This document shows positions 16,653-25,591 of a DNA stretch of 35,783 nt, in pieces (position 1 is the stretch's first letter; every line of letters begins with the position of its first letter). The DNA comes from a virus. Lineage: Duplodnaviria; Caudoviricetes. Both the position numbers and the translations under genes were made by a program. The stretch is taken from the IMG/VR virus record IMGVR_UViG_3300002986_000008, positions 1 through 35,783 of that record. One strand, given 5' to 3'. The notes beneath the pieces are model-generated. The model saw nothing but the letters and a program-made list of their open reading frames with translations. It did not search any database and was not told where the DNA came from.

Positions 16653-16799
16653 ATGAGGATAAGAAAGCTTGGCATATCTTGGGGCAGACAAAAGGGAGGT
16701 CCGAGGAATGGCAAGATAAACATTAAGATAGATTTTCCATTTAGATATGATGGGTACTGGTGTACAAATAAATGCTGGTTCATTAAATTGCCAGTATGA
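16653..16799 (+). CDS. Hypothetical 48-aa protein
   Basis: ATG after AAGGGGG. Confidence 0.4.
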   Translation: MRIRKLGISWGRQKGGPRNGKINIKIDFPFRYDGYWCTNKCWFIKLPV

Positions 16800-16885
16800 G
16801 CGCTGATATATGCTATTCATTCACACCATGCGAGGAATGCGATAAGTTTGTGGGGTGTGGGAAGGTTAAGAAATAGAAAAGACTC

Positions 16886-17056
16886 TCATTCGAGAGCCTT
16901 TCGTCTAACATATTCACTTGGTGTTATACCGTGGAGAGTTGCACCGACTATGATCTCATCCCATTCAGCCTGAGTAAAGCGTATACCACGAACTATAGTA
17001 GGGGAAGAGGTGCGGGGCTTAGCCCCGGCCCCTTCTCTCTTTCCACCCTTAGACAT
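16886..17056 (-). CDS. 56-aa ribbon-helix-helix protein with GGKREGAG N-terminus (absent from ORF track)
   Basis: MSKGGKREGAGAKP...VRGIRFTQAEWDEI...GITPSEYVRRKALE; overlaps stop of upstream gene; terminator-like hairpin at 16877-16900. Confidence 0.7.
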   Translation of the reverse strand: MSKGGKREGAGAKPRTSSPTIVRGIRFTQAEWDEIIVGATLHGITPSEYVRRKALE

Positions 17057-17288
17057 TGCATTTAGCTACGTATTCAAATAAATTATCATTAAAATAAATT
17101 CGTTTCCATACTTGACCAACTTCGTCCATATATAATTTAGTTGTCATGTTATCCCATATTTCAGTATAAAGCTGGTTAGAATCATTATTGCTTCTTGGGG
17201 ATAATTCTTCAACTTGTTCGCTTATGTTTCCGTTTAGGTTAAAATTGAATTCTTCTAATTCGTGTTTTTTGAAAAACATACAAGACAT
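17049..17288 (-). CDS. Hypothetical protein
   Basis: RBS GGGGAG; promoter TTGACA-17-TATTAT at 17351-17323. Confidence 0.65.
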   Translation of the reverse strand: MSCMFFKKHELEEFNFNLNGNISEQVEELSPRSNNDSNQLYTEIWDNMTTKLYMDEVGQVWKRIYFNDNLFEYVAKCNV

Positions 17289-17398
17289 TTTACATACTCC
17301 CCTTCAAATTTGCTTATGACTTATAATACCATGATATATTGATTATGTCAAACGAAATCATAGATAAAGATAAATATATTTTAGGGGTGGGTATCACA

Positions 17399-17527
17399 AT
17401 GATAGAGCTAACTTATATACCGGATGTGAGACTTACGCTTGAACAAATAAAGAAGTTTATACATTACCTTGATGTAAGAGAACAGGAAGAACTTTTAATA
17501 TGGCTTGAATGCGAAAAAGATAGTTAA
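17399..17527 (+). CDS. Hypothetical 42-aa protein
   Basis: ATG 17399 after GGGGTGGG. Confidence 0.45.
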   Translation: MIELTYIPDVRLTLEQIKKFIHYLDVREQEELLIWLECEKDS

Positions 17528-17545
17528 TTAGGGAGGTAAAGCACA

Positions 17546-17926
17546 ATGGCACTAACACCAAAGCAACAGGCATTTATAAATGAATATATGATTGACCTGA
17601 ACGCTACGGCTAGTGCTATTCGTGCAGGGTATTCAGCTAAGACAGCAAAGGTAATAGGATATGAAAACCTTACTAAACCTTCCATTGCTAAAATCATAGA
17701 AAAGGCACTGGAACAGAGGACGAAAGATAACGGTATCACGGCAGACTTTGTCCTTAACGGTATCAAGGGAATCGCATTAAAAGATGGCATAAAGGAATCG
17801 GACACGCTGAAAGCTTTTGAGTTACTCGGCAAGCATCTTAAACTCTTCACTGAGAAGATAGAAGAGAAGTCGGACCAAACGATCACAATCCGACTCGAAG
17901 GAGAAGCGGAAGAATGGTCAAAGTAG
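17546..17926 (+). CDS. terS: Terminase small subunit
   Basis: LTPKQQAFINEYMIDLNATASAIRAGYSAKTA...ENLTKP (Terminase_2). Confidence 0.93.
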   Translation: MALTPKQQAFINEYMIDLNATASAIRAGYSAKTAKVIGYENLTKPSIAKIIEKALEQRTKDNGITADFVLNGIKGIALKDGIKESDTLKAFELLGKHLKLFTEKIEEKSDQTITIRLEGEAEEWSK

Positions 17927-18169
17927 CCATTGGGTCCGATAATAGGTACTATGACAAGTTGCTATTTTACCAAACTCTTAAATTAAGCCATATTTAACCG
18001 TGGCAGCCGATTAACACGTTTCGATTCTCCTGTTTTAATTGAGAATGAGCGTGTTTTTATTAAAATATGCGATCTTTGATTATCTCTTGATTGCTTCGAT
18101 TAGCTATATCATACAAAAAGTGCTCGAAAACACGGGGTTATAACAAAAAGGAAGTGACTCATACATTAG

Positions 18170-18198
18170 TTGCCGAGGCGGAGGAAAGATGATATAAT
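18170..18198 (+). promoter_or_regulatory. sigma-A promoter of HNH gene
   Basis: TTGCCG-17 bp-TATAAT with extended -10 TG. Confidence 0.7.
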
Positions 18199-18216
18199 GT
18201 ACATGAGGTGAAGAAC

Positions 18217-18732
18217 ATGGAAGTTGTATCAAAGTCCTGTACCAAGTGTAACCAAGAGAAACCGCTAACTGAGTTCAATAACCAAAAGGCTGGTAAGTAT
18301 GGCAAACGCGCTACTTGTAGAGTATGCCAAAACGCAGAGAACAGAGCATACAAGCAGACTCCTAGGGGAATAGAGTTAAGACATGAGTGGAAATGCTCAG
18401 AGGTAGGGCGTGAAGGAAGCAGAAGATATAGGCGTAACAATAAAGATAAGACATACGCTTACGGACAAAGGGAATATGTGAAGGTTAAGAAACGCATTCA
18501 GGTAGACAACCTTAGATTTGGTGGCAATAGAATAAAAACACTCGAACGAGACAATTATAAATGCATTGAGTGTGGATCTGATTACCTAGTCCAAGTTCAC
18601 CATAAGGATGAGATGGGGCGAAACAAGCCAAAGGAATTGAGAAATAACGATATGTGTAATTTAACAACGCTATGCGCTAGGTGCCACATAACGCAACATA
18701 ATCCAGTATTGAAAAGATGGGCGAAGGTGTAG
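18217..18732 (+). CDS. Free-standing HNH endonuclease (homing-type, N-terminal zinc finger)
   Basis: KSCTKC..EKPLTEF...TCRVC; RDNYKCIECG...VHH...N...LCARCH. Confidence 0.85.
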   Translation: MEVVSKSCTKCNQEKPLTEFNNQKAGKYGKRATCRVCQNAENRAYKQTPRGIELRHEWKCSEVGREGSRRYRRNNKDKTYAYGQREYVKVKKRIQVDNLRFGGNRIKTLERDNYKCIECGSDYLVQVHHKDEMGRNKPKELRNNDMCNLTTLCARCHITQHNPVLKRWAKV

Positions 18733-18769
18733 AAATACATCTTCTTTCTTATTGTAGGAGGTGAGGCCA

Positions 18770-20143
18770 ATGTCCACCATTACGCTAGCAGGCAGACCGT
18801 ACCCAAAGCAAGTGGAGTTCTTTAAGAGTACTAAACGTTATATAGCGTATGGCGGATCTTAGGCTCGTGGCGGAGGCAAGAGTTGGGGGGCAAGGCGTAA
18901 AGCTGTGCTTCTGGCACTTAACTACTCAGGCATACAGATACTACTCGTTAGAAGGACGCTGGCGGAGCTTAGAGAAAACCATGTGCTAGTGCTTCAAATA
19001 GAATTAAGAGGCATTGCTAAGTTTGATGCACAAAACAAAGAGTTCATCTTCCCTAATGGGGCGCGGATCAAGCTCGGGTATATGTCGGCAGAGTCGGACG
19101 TATTACAGTATCAAGGCCAAGCATATGACGTGATATTCATGGAGGAGAGTACACAATTCACAGAATTCCAAAAGGACACATTAACCGAAAGTAATCGCTC
19201 ATCCGGGTTAATGAAAGAGAAGTTCACTCCTCGCATGTATTTCACATGCAATCCGGGAGGAATTGGACATAGCTGGATGAAGCGTTTATTTATAGATAAG
19301 GACTACAGAAATAAGGAAGATGCAACGAATTATGAGTTCATTCCTTCTACTGTGTATGAAAATAAATTCCTAATGACAAATAATCCCGAATATGTAGAGA
19401 ACTTAGAGAATCTTCCTGAGATGCGTAAACGAGCTATGCTATATGGCGATTGGGATGCGTTTGACGGTCAATACTTCGATGAGTTCAGCAGAGATATTCA
19501 TGTTATTGACTACCCTGAAGAAGGATTCCCCTTAGATTGGCGCCGATACATCGTCCTAGATTATGGGCTTGACATGCTGGCGTGTTATTGGATCGCAGTT
19601 AATTCGCAAGGAAAGGCGCACGTCTACAGAGAGTTGTACCAATCAGGACTGATAATCTCGGATGCAGCTAAGGCCATCATTAAGGCAAGTGGGACAGACA
19701 ATATATATCAAAGGATCGCACCACCTGACTTGTGGAATCGCAGACAGGAAACAGGCAAGAGTGCAGCAGACTTATTCAGGGATAACGGCTTAAGTTTAAT
19801 TAAGGCAAACAATGACAGGGTTATGGGCTGGTATGGCCTTAAGGAATGGTTAAAGCCTTATGATGATGAGCAAGGGATCAAAACAGCATCGTTAGTCATT
19901 ACCAAGAATTGCTTAAACATCATTAGAACCTTGCCACAACTCCAATATGATGATCATAACCCTAACGATGTGAGCAACGAACCGCACGAATTAAGCCACG
20001 GGCCAGACGCAATCCGTTACTTCATCGCAGGTAGGCCTAGGCCGAACACACCACAACAAAAGAAAAAGCGAGACGATTTCATGGACCGTGAGCCGAGGGA
20101 TACGTTTATCCTGGATAATAGTTTTATCAATATGGGCAGTTAG
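18770..20143 (+). CDS. terL: Terminase large subunit with in-frame TAG at codon 31 inside Walker A
   Basis: RBS AGGAGGTGA, ATG 18770, PYPKQVEF, YIAYGG-S-TAG-ARGGGKSW in frame with the ORF from 18905; Walker B (VIFMEE), TCNPGG, nuclease LDYG...HGPDAIRY. Confidence 0.9.
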
Positions 20144-20158
20144 TATATAATATAGATA

Positions 20159-20332
20159 GTGTAGTGGCGGAATAAGTAGACGCATGGTAGCTCAGTTGGT
20201 AGAGCGGAGGCAAATATCGGTGGTAATACACCGAGGGGAATAAAAATACCCCTTTGTAAAGCCTAGTGTCGAAGCTTCGATACCTTCCCATGGCTTAACA
20301 GGCTTTGTATGGTGTAAATCCATACCTACACA
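20159..20332 (+). ncRNA. Nested tRNA-like RNA without anticodon loop
   Basis: Outer acceptor GTGTAG/CTACAC, D-arm GCGGAATAAGTAGACGC, T-like arm GTATGG-TGTAAAT-CCATAC; inner TAGCTCAGTTGGTAGAGC D-arm and TTCGATA T-loop; TATAAT at 20146-20151. Confidence 0.7.
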
Positions 20333-20356
20333 TTATTAAAGAAGGTGAATAAATAA

Positions 20357-20551
20357 ATGGAGACTAAACTCTATACAGTTCGCTATGTGAACGCAGGAAC
20401 GGAAGAATACTTTTGTGAGTTTGTAGTTGCATCCGATGACCCTATTGGACTTCTAAGTAAGTTTGCAGAGGATAAAAATAATGAGGGCGTAGAAGTAGAG
20501 GAATTCGCGATAGATGGATACAGGATAACCGTGGAGAAGGTGAATAAATGA
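20357..20551 (+). CDS. Hypothetical protein
   Basis: RBS AAGGTGA; 64 aa. Confidence 0.6.
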   Translation: METKLYTVRYVNAGTEEYFCEFVVASDDPIGLLSKFAEDKNNEGVEVEEFAIDGYRITVEKVNK

Positions 20552-20808
20552 ATGATCTAATCGGACTGAGCATCGGCTTAGTTCTTTTTTTGTCGTGTAT
20601 CAAGGCATACACACTAGGGTACAGCCATGCAAAAGAGCTAGCGAAGGGTAACACACCAAAGCTATCACTTAACCCTATACGGCCTATTATAAAGGCTGTA
20701 GAGAAGCACAAGGAAGATAAGAAGATTGAAGAGTTGACTGATGAACTGTCCATAGCTATGGGATATAGCAGAGAGAGTGCGCTTGAGTTTGTGAAAAAAG
20801 AACGTTAG
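20548..20808 (+). CDS. Hypothetical membrane-anchored protein
   Basis: N-terminal hydrophobic helix; ATGA coupling. Confidence 0.6.
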   Translation: MNDLIGLSIGLVLFLSCIKAYTLGYSHAKELAKGNTPKLSLNPIRPIIKAVEKHKEDKKIEELTDELSIAMGYSRESALEFVKKER

Positions 20809-20820
20809 GGGGTGATCTAA

Positions 20821-22659
20821 TTGCAGAAGGATTACACGCAGGAATGGCGGGATTATCAGGATGGCCTTACCTATAACCAACGCCTTGATTATTACAGCAA
20901 AGTTGACCTAAACTGGCGCTTTTATAACGGAAAACAGTGGGTAGGCATCGTGACTAATGGACTCAGCAAGTGGGTTTTCAACTTCTGCCGTTCATCTATT
21001 AACTACTTCATTGCATTTATGGTGTCGCAAAAATTAAAGATGCAATTCAGCGCGGAGAACGTGCCCGACGAACCTGACGAACAAAGTGCAGACTTCCAAA
21101 AGGATACACAAGTCAAAGAATTGGTAACATTGCTCTCTGACATGGCCGACATGAAGTGGGAAAAAGACAAAATGGACTCACTATTGAAGGACCTCCTATT
21201 GGATGCTGCCAACAGTGGCGATATGTGCGCTCATGTTTATTGGGATAAGGCAATCGAGACAGGGCAATTGGAAAAGGGTGACTTCAAAACGGAAGCTGTC
21301 GATGGTGGCAACGTCATGTTCGGCAATCCTAACAATAAGATGGTCGAACGACAGCCTTATATCCTCATTATAGGCAGGGAAGCCGTGAAGGATCTCAAGG
21401 AGCAAGCCAAGGCAAACGGAGTATCTAAGGATGATTACGAGCAGATAGCATCGGACGAAGAGAACACCTATCAAGCAGGGGAATTAGGCAAGGTTGAACT
21501 TGAAAACAAAGGTGAGACTGGCAAAGCTTTAACGCTCATCAAGTACTGGAAGAAAGATGGTAAAGTCTTCTGGAACAAGTCAACTAAATACTGTGCAATT
21601 TGCAAAGACAAAGACTTGGGAATATCTCGCTACCCTATCGCCTGGGCTAATTGGGAATCAGTCAAGAATTCCTATCATGGCATGAGCGCAACAGAACAGA
21701 TCATTGATAATCAGATCAGTGTTAATCACATGTTCGCAATGGTTAGCTATTGGATGCGAATGTCAGCGTTTGGCAAGACAATCATTGACGAAACTGCCAT
21801 AACTTCATGGTCTAATCAATTAGGGACAGTGGTAAAAGCGACTCCTAATGGAGGTCCTATTAGTGGAATGGTTCATCAACTCCAAGCTGGAAACTTCAAC
21901 GAAGCCATCCTGAGAGTCATAGACATGGCCATTAAGTACACAAAGGACTTCATCGGTGCAAGTGATGCTTTAATGGGTCAAGTCGATCCCGAGCAAGCAT
22001 CAGGTGTCGCTATCATATCCACAGCAAAGCAAGCATCAATGCCTCTCATTAATATGACGATGAATCGCGACCAACTTGTCGAAGACTTAGGCCTTATTTG
22101 GGGTGAGTTCTTCCTCAAGAAATACGTCAATCGCAAAGTGAGCATTAGACAAAAGGAAAAGGTTGTTACGGCGCAATACAACACACAAGCGATAGAAGCC
22201 GTTAAAGATATACTCCTGCAATGTAAAGTCGATGTAGGGCCATCTCAGATATGGTCTGAGCTAATCGGCATACAGGCACTAGATAAGCTTCTAACCGAGG
22301 GTCATATCACAAAGCTACAGTATTTCGAGAGAGTCGCTAAGATGGGGTTAATACCCGACACAGCAGGACTTATCGAAGATGCTCAAGCAGAAATGCAAAT
22401 GTTACAACAGCAGGAACAACAACAAGCCATGGCTCAACAGCAACAAGGGCAGATGCAACAACAAGCCGATGGGGAACAGCAAGCGCAGCAACAGCAAATG
22501 CAAGAACAGAAGTTTGAGCAAATGGCACAATGGCTTGAACAGCAACCCACAGAAATGCAACAAAAGATCATGTCATTGCCGGAGGGCGAGAAGGAAGCTA
22601 CTATCATGAAGACGATGAAGAGTGATATTCAACAGACAATGAAGGGTGGTAGCCAATGA
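20821..22659 (+). CDS. Portal protein (podovirus/P22-like), Gln-rich C-terminus
   Basis: 612 aa after terL; FYNGKQW, ASGVAI motifs; Q-rich tail. Confidence 0.85.
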   Translation: MQKDYTQEWRDYQDGLTYNQRLDYYSKVDLNWRFYNGKQWVGIVTNGLSKWVFNFCRSSINYFIAFMVSQKLKMQFSAENVPDEPDEQSADFQKDTQVKELVTLLSDMADMKWEKDKMDSLLKDLLLDAANSGDMCAHVYWDKAIETGQLEKGDFKTEAVDGGNVMFGNPNNKMVERQPYILIIGREAVKDLKEQAKANGVSKDDYEQIASDEENTYQAGELGKVELENKGETGKALTLIKYWKKDGKVFWNKSTKYCAICKDKDLGISRYPIAWANWESVKNSYHGMSATEQIIDNQISVNHMFAMVSYWMRMSAFGKTIIDETAITSWSNQLGTVVKATPNGGPISGMVHQLQAGNFNEAILRVIDMAIKYTKDFIGASDALMGQVDPEQASGVAIISTAKQASMPLINMTMNRDQLVEDLGLIWGEFFLKKYVNRKVSIRQKEKVVTAQYNTQAIEAVKDILLQCKVDVGPSQIWSELIGIQALDKLLTEGHITKLQYFERVAKMGLIPDTAGLIEDAQAEMQMLQQQEQQQAMAQQQQGQMQQQADGEQQAQQQQMQEQKFEQMAQWLEQQPTEMQQKIMSLPEGEKEATIMKTMKSDIQQTMKGGSQ

Positions 22660-22877
22660 AGGAATACCTAATTTGGCTTAGAAGTGGGGCTTGCATCGAA
22701 GGTGAGATTGATGAGGAAACCGCAAATATCATCATGGCTGCATACGCATTTAATCCAAACTCAGGGGATATAAAAAGGTATCGAGATAGCAACGGATTCT
22801 TATTGATTAGCTTCAAATTGATTGAAGCAATGTCTTTTAATGATGTAGAACCTAGTAAGAACGCAGGGTTTGCCTAA
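22656..22877 (+). CDS. Hypothetical protein
   Basis: ATGA-coupled 73-aa ORF. Confidence 0.55.
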   Translation: MKEYLIWLRSGACIEGEIDEETANIIMAAYAFNPNSGDIKRYRDSNGFLLISFKLIEAMSFNDVEPSKNAGFA

Positions 22878-23200
22878 TGATTACGATCAATGTTTATAAA
22901 AATGGCTATGAGATAATAGGCCATGCAAAAGAAAAGATATGTCATCAAGTATCCCTTTGGCATTGGATTAGCAGTAATTTGATTCTAGGACTTGATAAAG
23001 ATGCAAGAGAGTACACCTCTCATGCTGATAACCCTAATAATCTAAACGAAGGACTATCATGGGTGATATGTAACCCTCAAATGGGTAATCTCGAATGGAT
23101 ATTAGAGGATTTGGTTGTTAGCGCAAATCTATGGGGTGAAAAGTATTGGGAAAAACAAGTTTCCATAGAGCGCATTGACGATATTTTGACCAACTGTTGA
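22877..23200 (+). CDS. Prp-like cysteine protease
   Basis: MITINV...IIGHA....ICHQVS matches Prp GHA...C..VS catalytic pattern; upstream of scaffold. Confidence 0.6.
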   Translation: MITINVYKNGYEIIGHAKEKICHQVSLWHWISSNLILGLDKDAREYTSHADNPNNLNEGLSWVICNPQMGNLEWILEDLVVSANLWGEKYWEKQVSIERIDDILTNC

Positions 23201-23271
23201 GCCAATAGGCTTATTTTTTATGCGCAAATACGCTATGCCAAGCGCAAAAAGGCAATTGAAAGGAGATTCTT

Positions 23272-24027
23272 ATGTCTGATGAAGTTTTGAACTCTGTAGA
23301 CGCAGGGGCAGGGAATGTCGTGGATTCTCAAGAGGTAGAACAAGCCGAAGTACAGGAACAATCTGAAAGTGTCAATGAGGAAGTCACGGCCTCACAGGTT
23401 GAAAAGCCAGTACAGAGCAAAGAGGACAATGCCCAATACGCTCAAGTTCGCAGGGATGCCGAAGCAAAGACACGCGATAAGATGATCAGCGAGATGTATG
23501 GATCTTCACACAATATTCATACCTACTCTGATTATCAGAAAGCGGTTGAGCAAGAAGCTGAACAGCAACGCAGGGCATCGCTTGAAGAAAAGGGTATTGA
23601 TCCTTCAGTCTTTGAAGAATACATCAACAACAACCCAACAGTAAAGCAATCACGCGAAATATTAGCGCAACAAGAAGCACAACAGAAGCGCAACGAAGAA
23701 TATGGCGAATTCCTCGAATACTTCAAAACCGAAAACGGCAAAGACTTTAACCCTTCGGCGGATAAGATCCCTGATGAAGTGTGGGCGCAAGCCGCAAAAG
23801 GGAAGAGTCTCACTGATGCCTACGCCTACCATGACAGTAGACAACTTAGGGCGAAGCTGAAAGCATTTGAGACTAATCAAGCGAACGCTCAGTCCTCGCC
23901 TGGTAGCTTGACAGGCAATGGCTCATCCAAAGACACAACGCTGACACCTGAGATGATCGACAGCATGACCGACAAAGAACGCATGGCGCGGTGGCCTGAG
24001 ATTAAAAAAGTATTAGGAATGAAATAA
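23272..24027 (+). CDS. Capsid scaffolding protein
   Basis: Acidic N-terminus, coiled coil, IPDEVW...SLTDAY, SSPGS; precedes capsid gene. Confidence 0.8.
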   Translation: MSDEVLNSVDAGAGNVVDSQEVEQAEVQEQSESVNEEVTASQVEKPVQSKEDNAQYAQVRRDAEAKTRDKMISEMYGSSHNIHTYSDYQKAVEQEAEQQRRASLEEKGIDPSVFEEYINNNPTVKQSREILAQQEAQQKRNEEYGEFLEYFKTENGKDFNPSADKIPDEVWAQAAKGKSLTDAYAYHDSRQLRAKLKAFETNQANAQSSPGSLTGNGSSKDTTLTPEMIDSMTDKERMARWPEIKKVLGMK

Positions 24028-24042
24028 AAGGAGTGATCTATA

Positions 24043-24885
24043 ATGGCAATTCTCAGTTCAATTCCAAAATTAGTATCGACCAAGATCCTCATGACTCTTC
24101 AAAATGACCTGGTAGCGAAGAAAATTTGCACAATGGACACAGGCAGCCAGATCAAAAAAGCAGGGGATACAGTAACCTTTACCGGGCTTGCTCGACCAAC
24201 GATTGCAGCCTACACAGGATCATTGACCTATGAAGAACTGGAAGATGCAGGAGTGACACTCTTGATCGACCAAAAGAATTCTTACGCATTCAAAGTGGAT
24301 GATATCGAAGCATTCCAATCCATCATTGATGTGAAGGGAACAAGCGTTGAAGAAGCCGCCTACGGACTCAGGGACACAGCAGATCGCTATGTGTTCGGCT
24401 TACACGCTGGCGCAGGTACAACCATCACAGCAACAGTGAGTGAGACAATCGCACTCTCTACCACTTCTACGGTCATTCGTAAACTTGAAGAGGCCAACGT
24501 TAAGCCAAACCAAAGATGGCTCGTAATTCCTCCATGGTACAAAGAAAAGTTAATGTTGGCAGGGGTGAAATTCCAAGTCAACGATGGCATGAACGGCGAA
24601 AAAGGTGGACTGTCATGGGTCAAGTACAATGATACCGACATCTTTGTTTCTAATAACCTCGTTACAACCGGGGCAGAGGGTTCCTATGTCACCCAGTGCT
24701 TAGCTGGTTCCTACAATTCCATCGTCTATGCTGAGCAAATCCTCAAGTCGCGCTTCATTGCTGAGCTAGAGGGATCTTTTAGCGGTGGAGCAAGCGGACT
24801 CCATGTGTTCGGAGTGAAAATACTGAAGCCGAAAGAACTCGTTCGCATCGCCGCAACTCAGGCAAGTGCATCCTCAAGCATCTAA
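24043..24885 (+). CDS. Major capsid protein (P22 coat-like, HK97 fold)
   Basis: GDTVTF, LLIDQKNSYAFKVDDIE, RWLVIPP, GLHVFGVKILKP. Confidence 0.88.
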   Translation: MAILSSIPKLVSTKILMTLQNDLVAKKICTMDTGSQIKKAGDTVTFTGLARPTIAAYTGSLTYEELEDAGVTLLIDQKNSYAFKVDDIEAFQSIIDVKGTSVEEAAYGLRDTADRYVFGLHAGAGTTITATVSETIALSTTSTVIRKLEEANVKPNQRWLVIPPWYKEKLMLAGVKFQVNDGMNGEKGGLSWVKYNDTDIFVSNNLVTTGAEGSYVTQCLAGSYNSIVYAEQILKSRFIAELEGSFSGGASGLHVFGVKILKPKELVRIAATQASASSSI

Positions 24886-24909
24886 TCTAATAAAGGAGAG
24901 TGAATTCAC

Positions 24910-25308
24910 ATGGCCGTAACTATTACCAATTCCCCAGTAATCGCCTTTAACACTATTCTCGCAGGAACAGCAAACCTCGCAACCGCAGATACAGACGCAC
25001 TAGCAGAGGTATTCACCTATACGCCAACCGCAAACGAAGGTAAGATCCTAATTGAGTTTGACTTATCCAATAAACTTGCAACAGCCGCCGCCGATGCAGA
25101 TGCAACATTTAGCATTGCGGCAGGAGATTTTTGGGCTAGCGCAGCAGTAACCGGCACAATCACAAAAGCAACAAAAAAGGCTATCCAGGTGGAAACAGCC
25201 AAGGTATTGCAGGATGATGGCACAATTGCTATTACTCTAACACCTGGGGCGGCAGACAAGCTGTTGTCAAATCACGCAGCGAACATTGTAGTCTACGAAT
25301 TACTGTAA
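24910..25308 (+). CDS. Putative capsid decoration protein
   Basis: Ala/Thr-rich 132 aa directly after capsid gene, before terminator. Confidence 0.55.
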   Translation: MAVTITNSPVIAFNTILAGTANLATADTDALAEVFTYTPTANEGKILIEFDLSNKLATAAADADATFSIAAGDFWASAAVTGTITKATKKAIQVETAKVLQDDGTIAITLTPGAADKLLSNHAANIVVYELL

Positions 25309-25314
25309 TCAACC

Positions 25315-25344
25315 AGGGGGAAGAAATTCCCCCTCTTATTTTTT
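25315..25344 (+). terminator. Terminator after capsid genes
   Basis: AGGGGGAA-GAAA-TTCCCCCT followed by T-rich tail. Confidence 0.75.
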
Positions 25345-25360
25345 AGCGGAGGTTATTTTT

Positions 25361-25588
25361 ATGATGAAATTCTTCGGTCCACCACTAAAAGAGATCAAAA
25401 GCAAAACGAGTGGAAAAATGATGTTTCGCTTTGACACAAAAGGCGAGTTTATCACTGATGATGAAGAGATTATTAAGCGCGCAATGGGCTTTTTTGATCA
25501 TATGCCATACAATGCGGAGCCAGCAGGGAAGAAAGTTAAGAAAACAGTAAAAGAGTCAGCAATGACGATCACCACGAAGGAGGGATAA
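25361..25588 (+). CDS. Hypothetical protein
   Basis: RBS GGAGGT; 75 aa. Confidence 0.6.
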   Translation: MMKFFGPPLKEIKSKTSGKMMFRFDTKGEFITDDEEIIKRAMGFFDHMPYNAEPAGKKVKKTVKESAMTITTKEG

Positions 25589-25591
25589 GCC

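Noticed and set aside
18860-18862. Genome-wide TAG reassignment as explanation for the terL stop
   Set aside because: Many genes (34-423, terS, HNH, terL itself, nozzle) end at TAG right before the next gene, and no other gene is visibly broken by TAG
20259-20266. AGCCTAG in the tRNA-like RNA is complementary to the terL insert (TTAGGCT) and contains CTA, suggesting an amber suppressor or guide
   Set aside because: Only 6-7 bp, plausible by chance; CTA is at a stem end without U33 or a 7-nt loop, so it is not an anticodon
22390-22570. Gln-rich CAA/CAG tract in portal as a special repeat element
   Set aside because: Low-complexity Q-rich tails are common in podovirus-type portals
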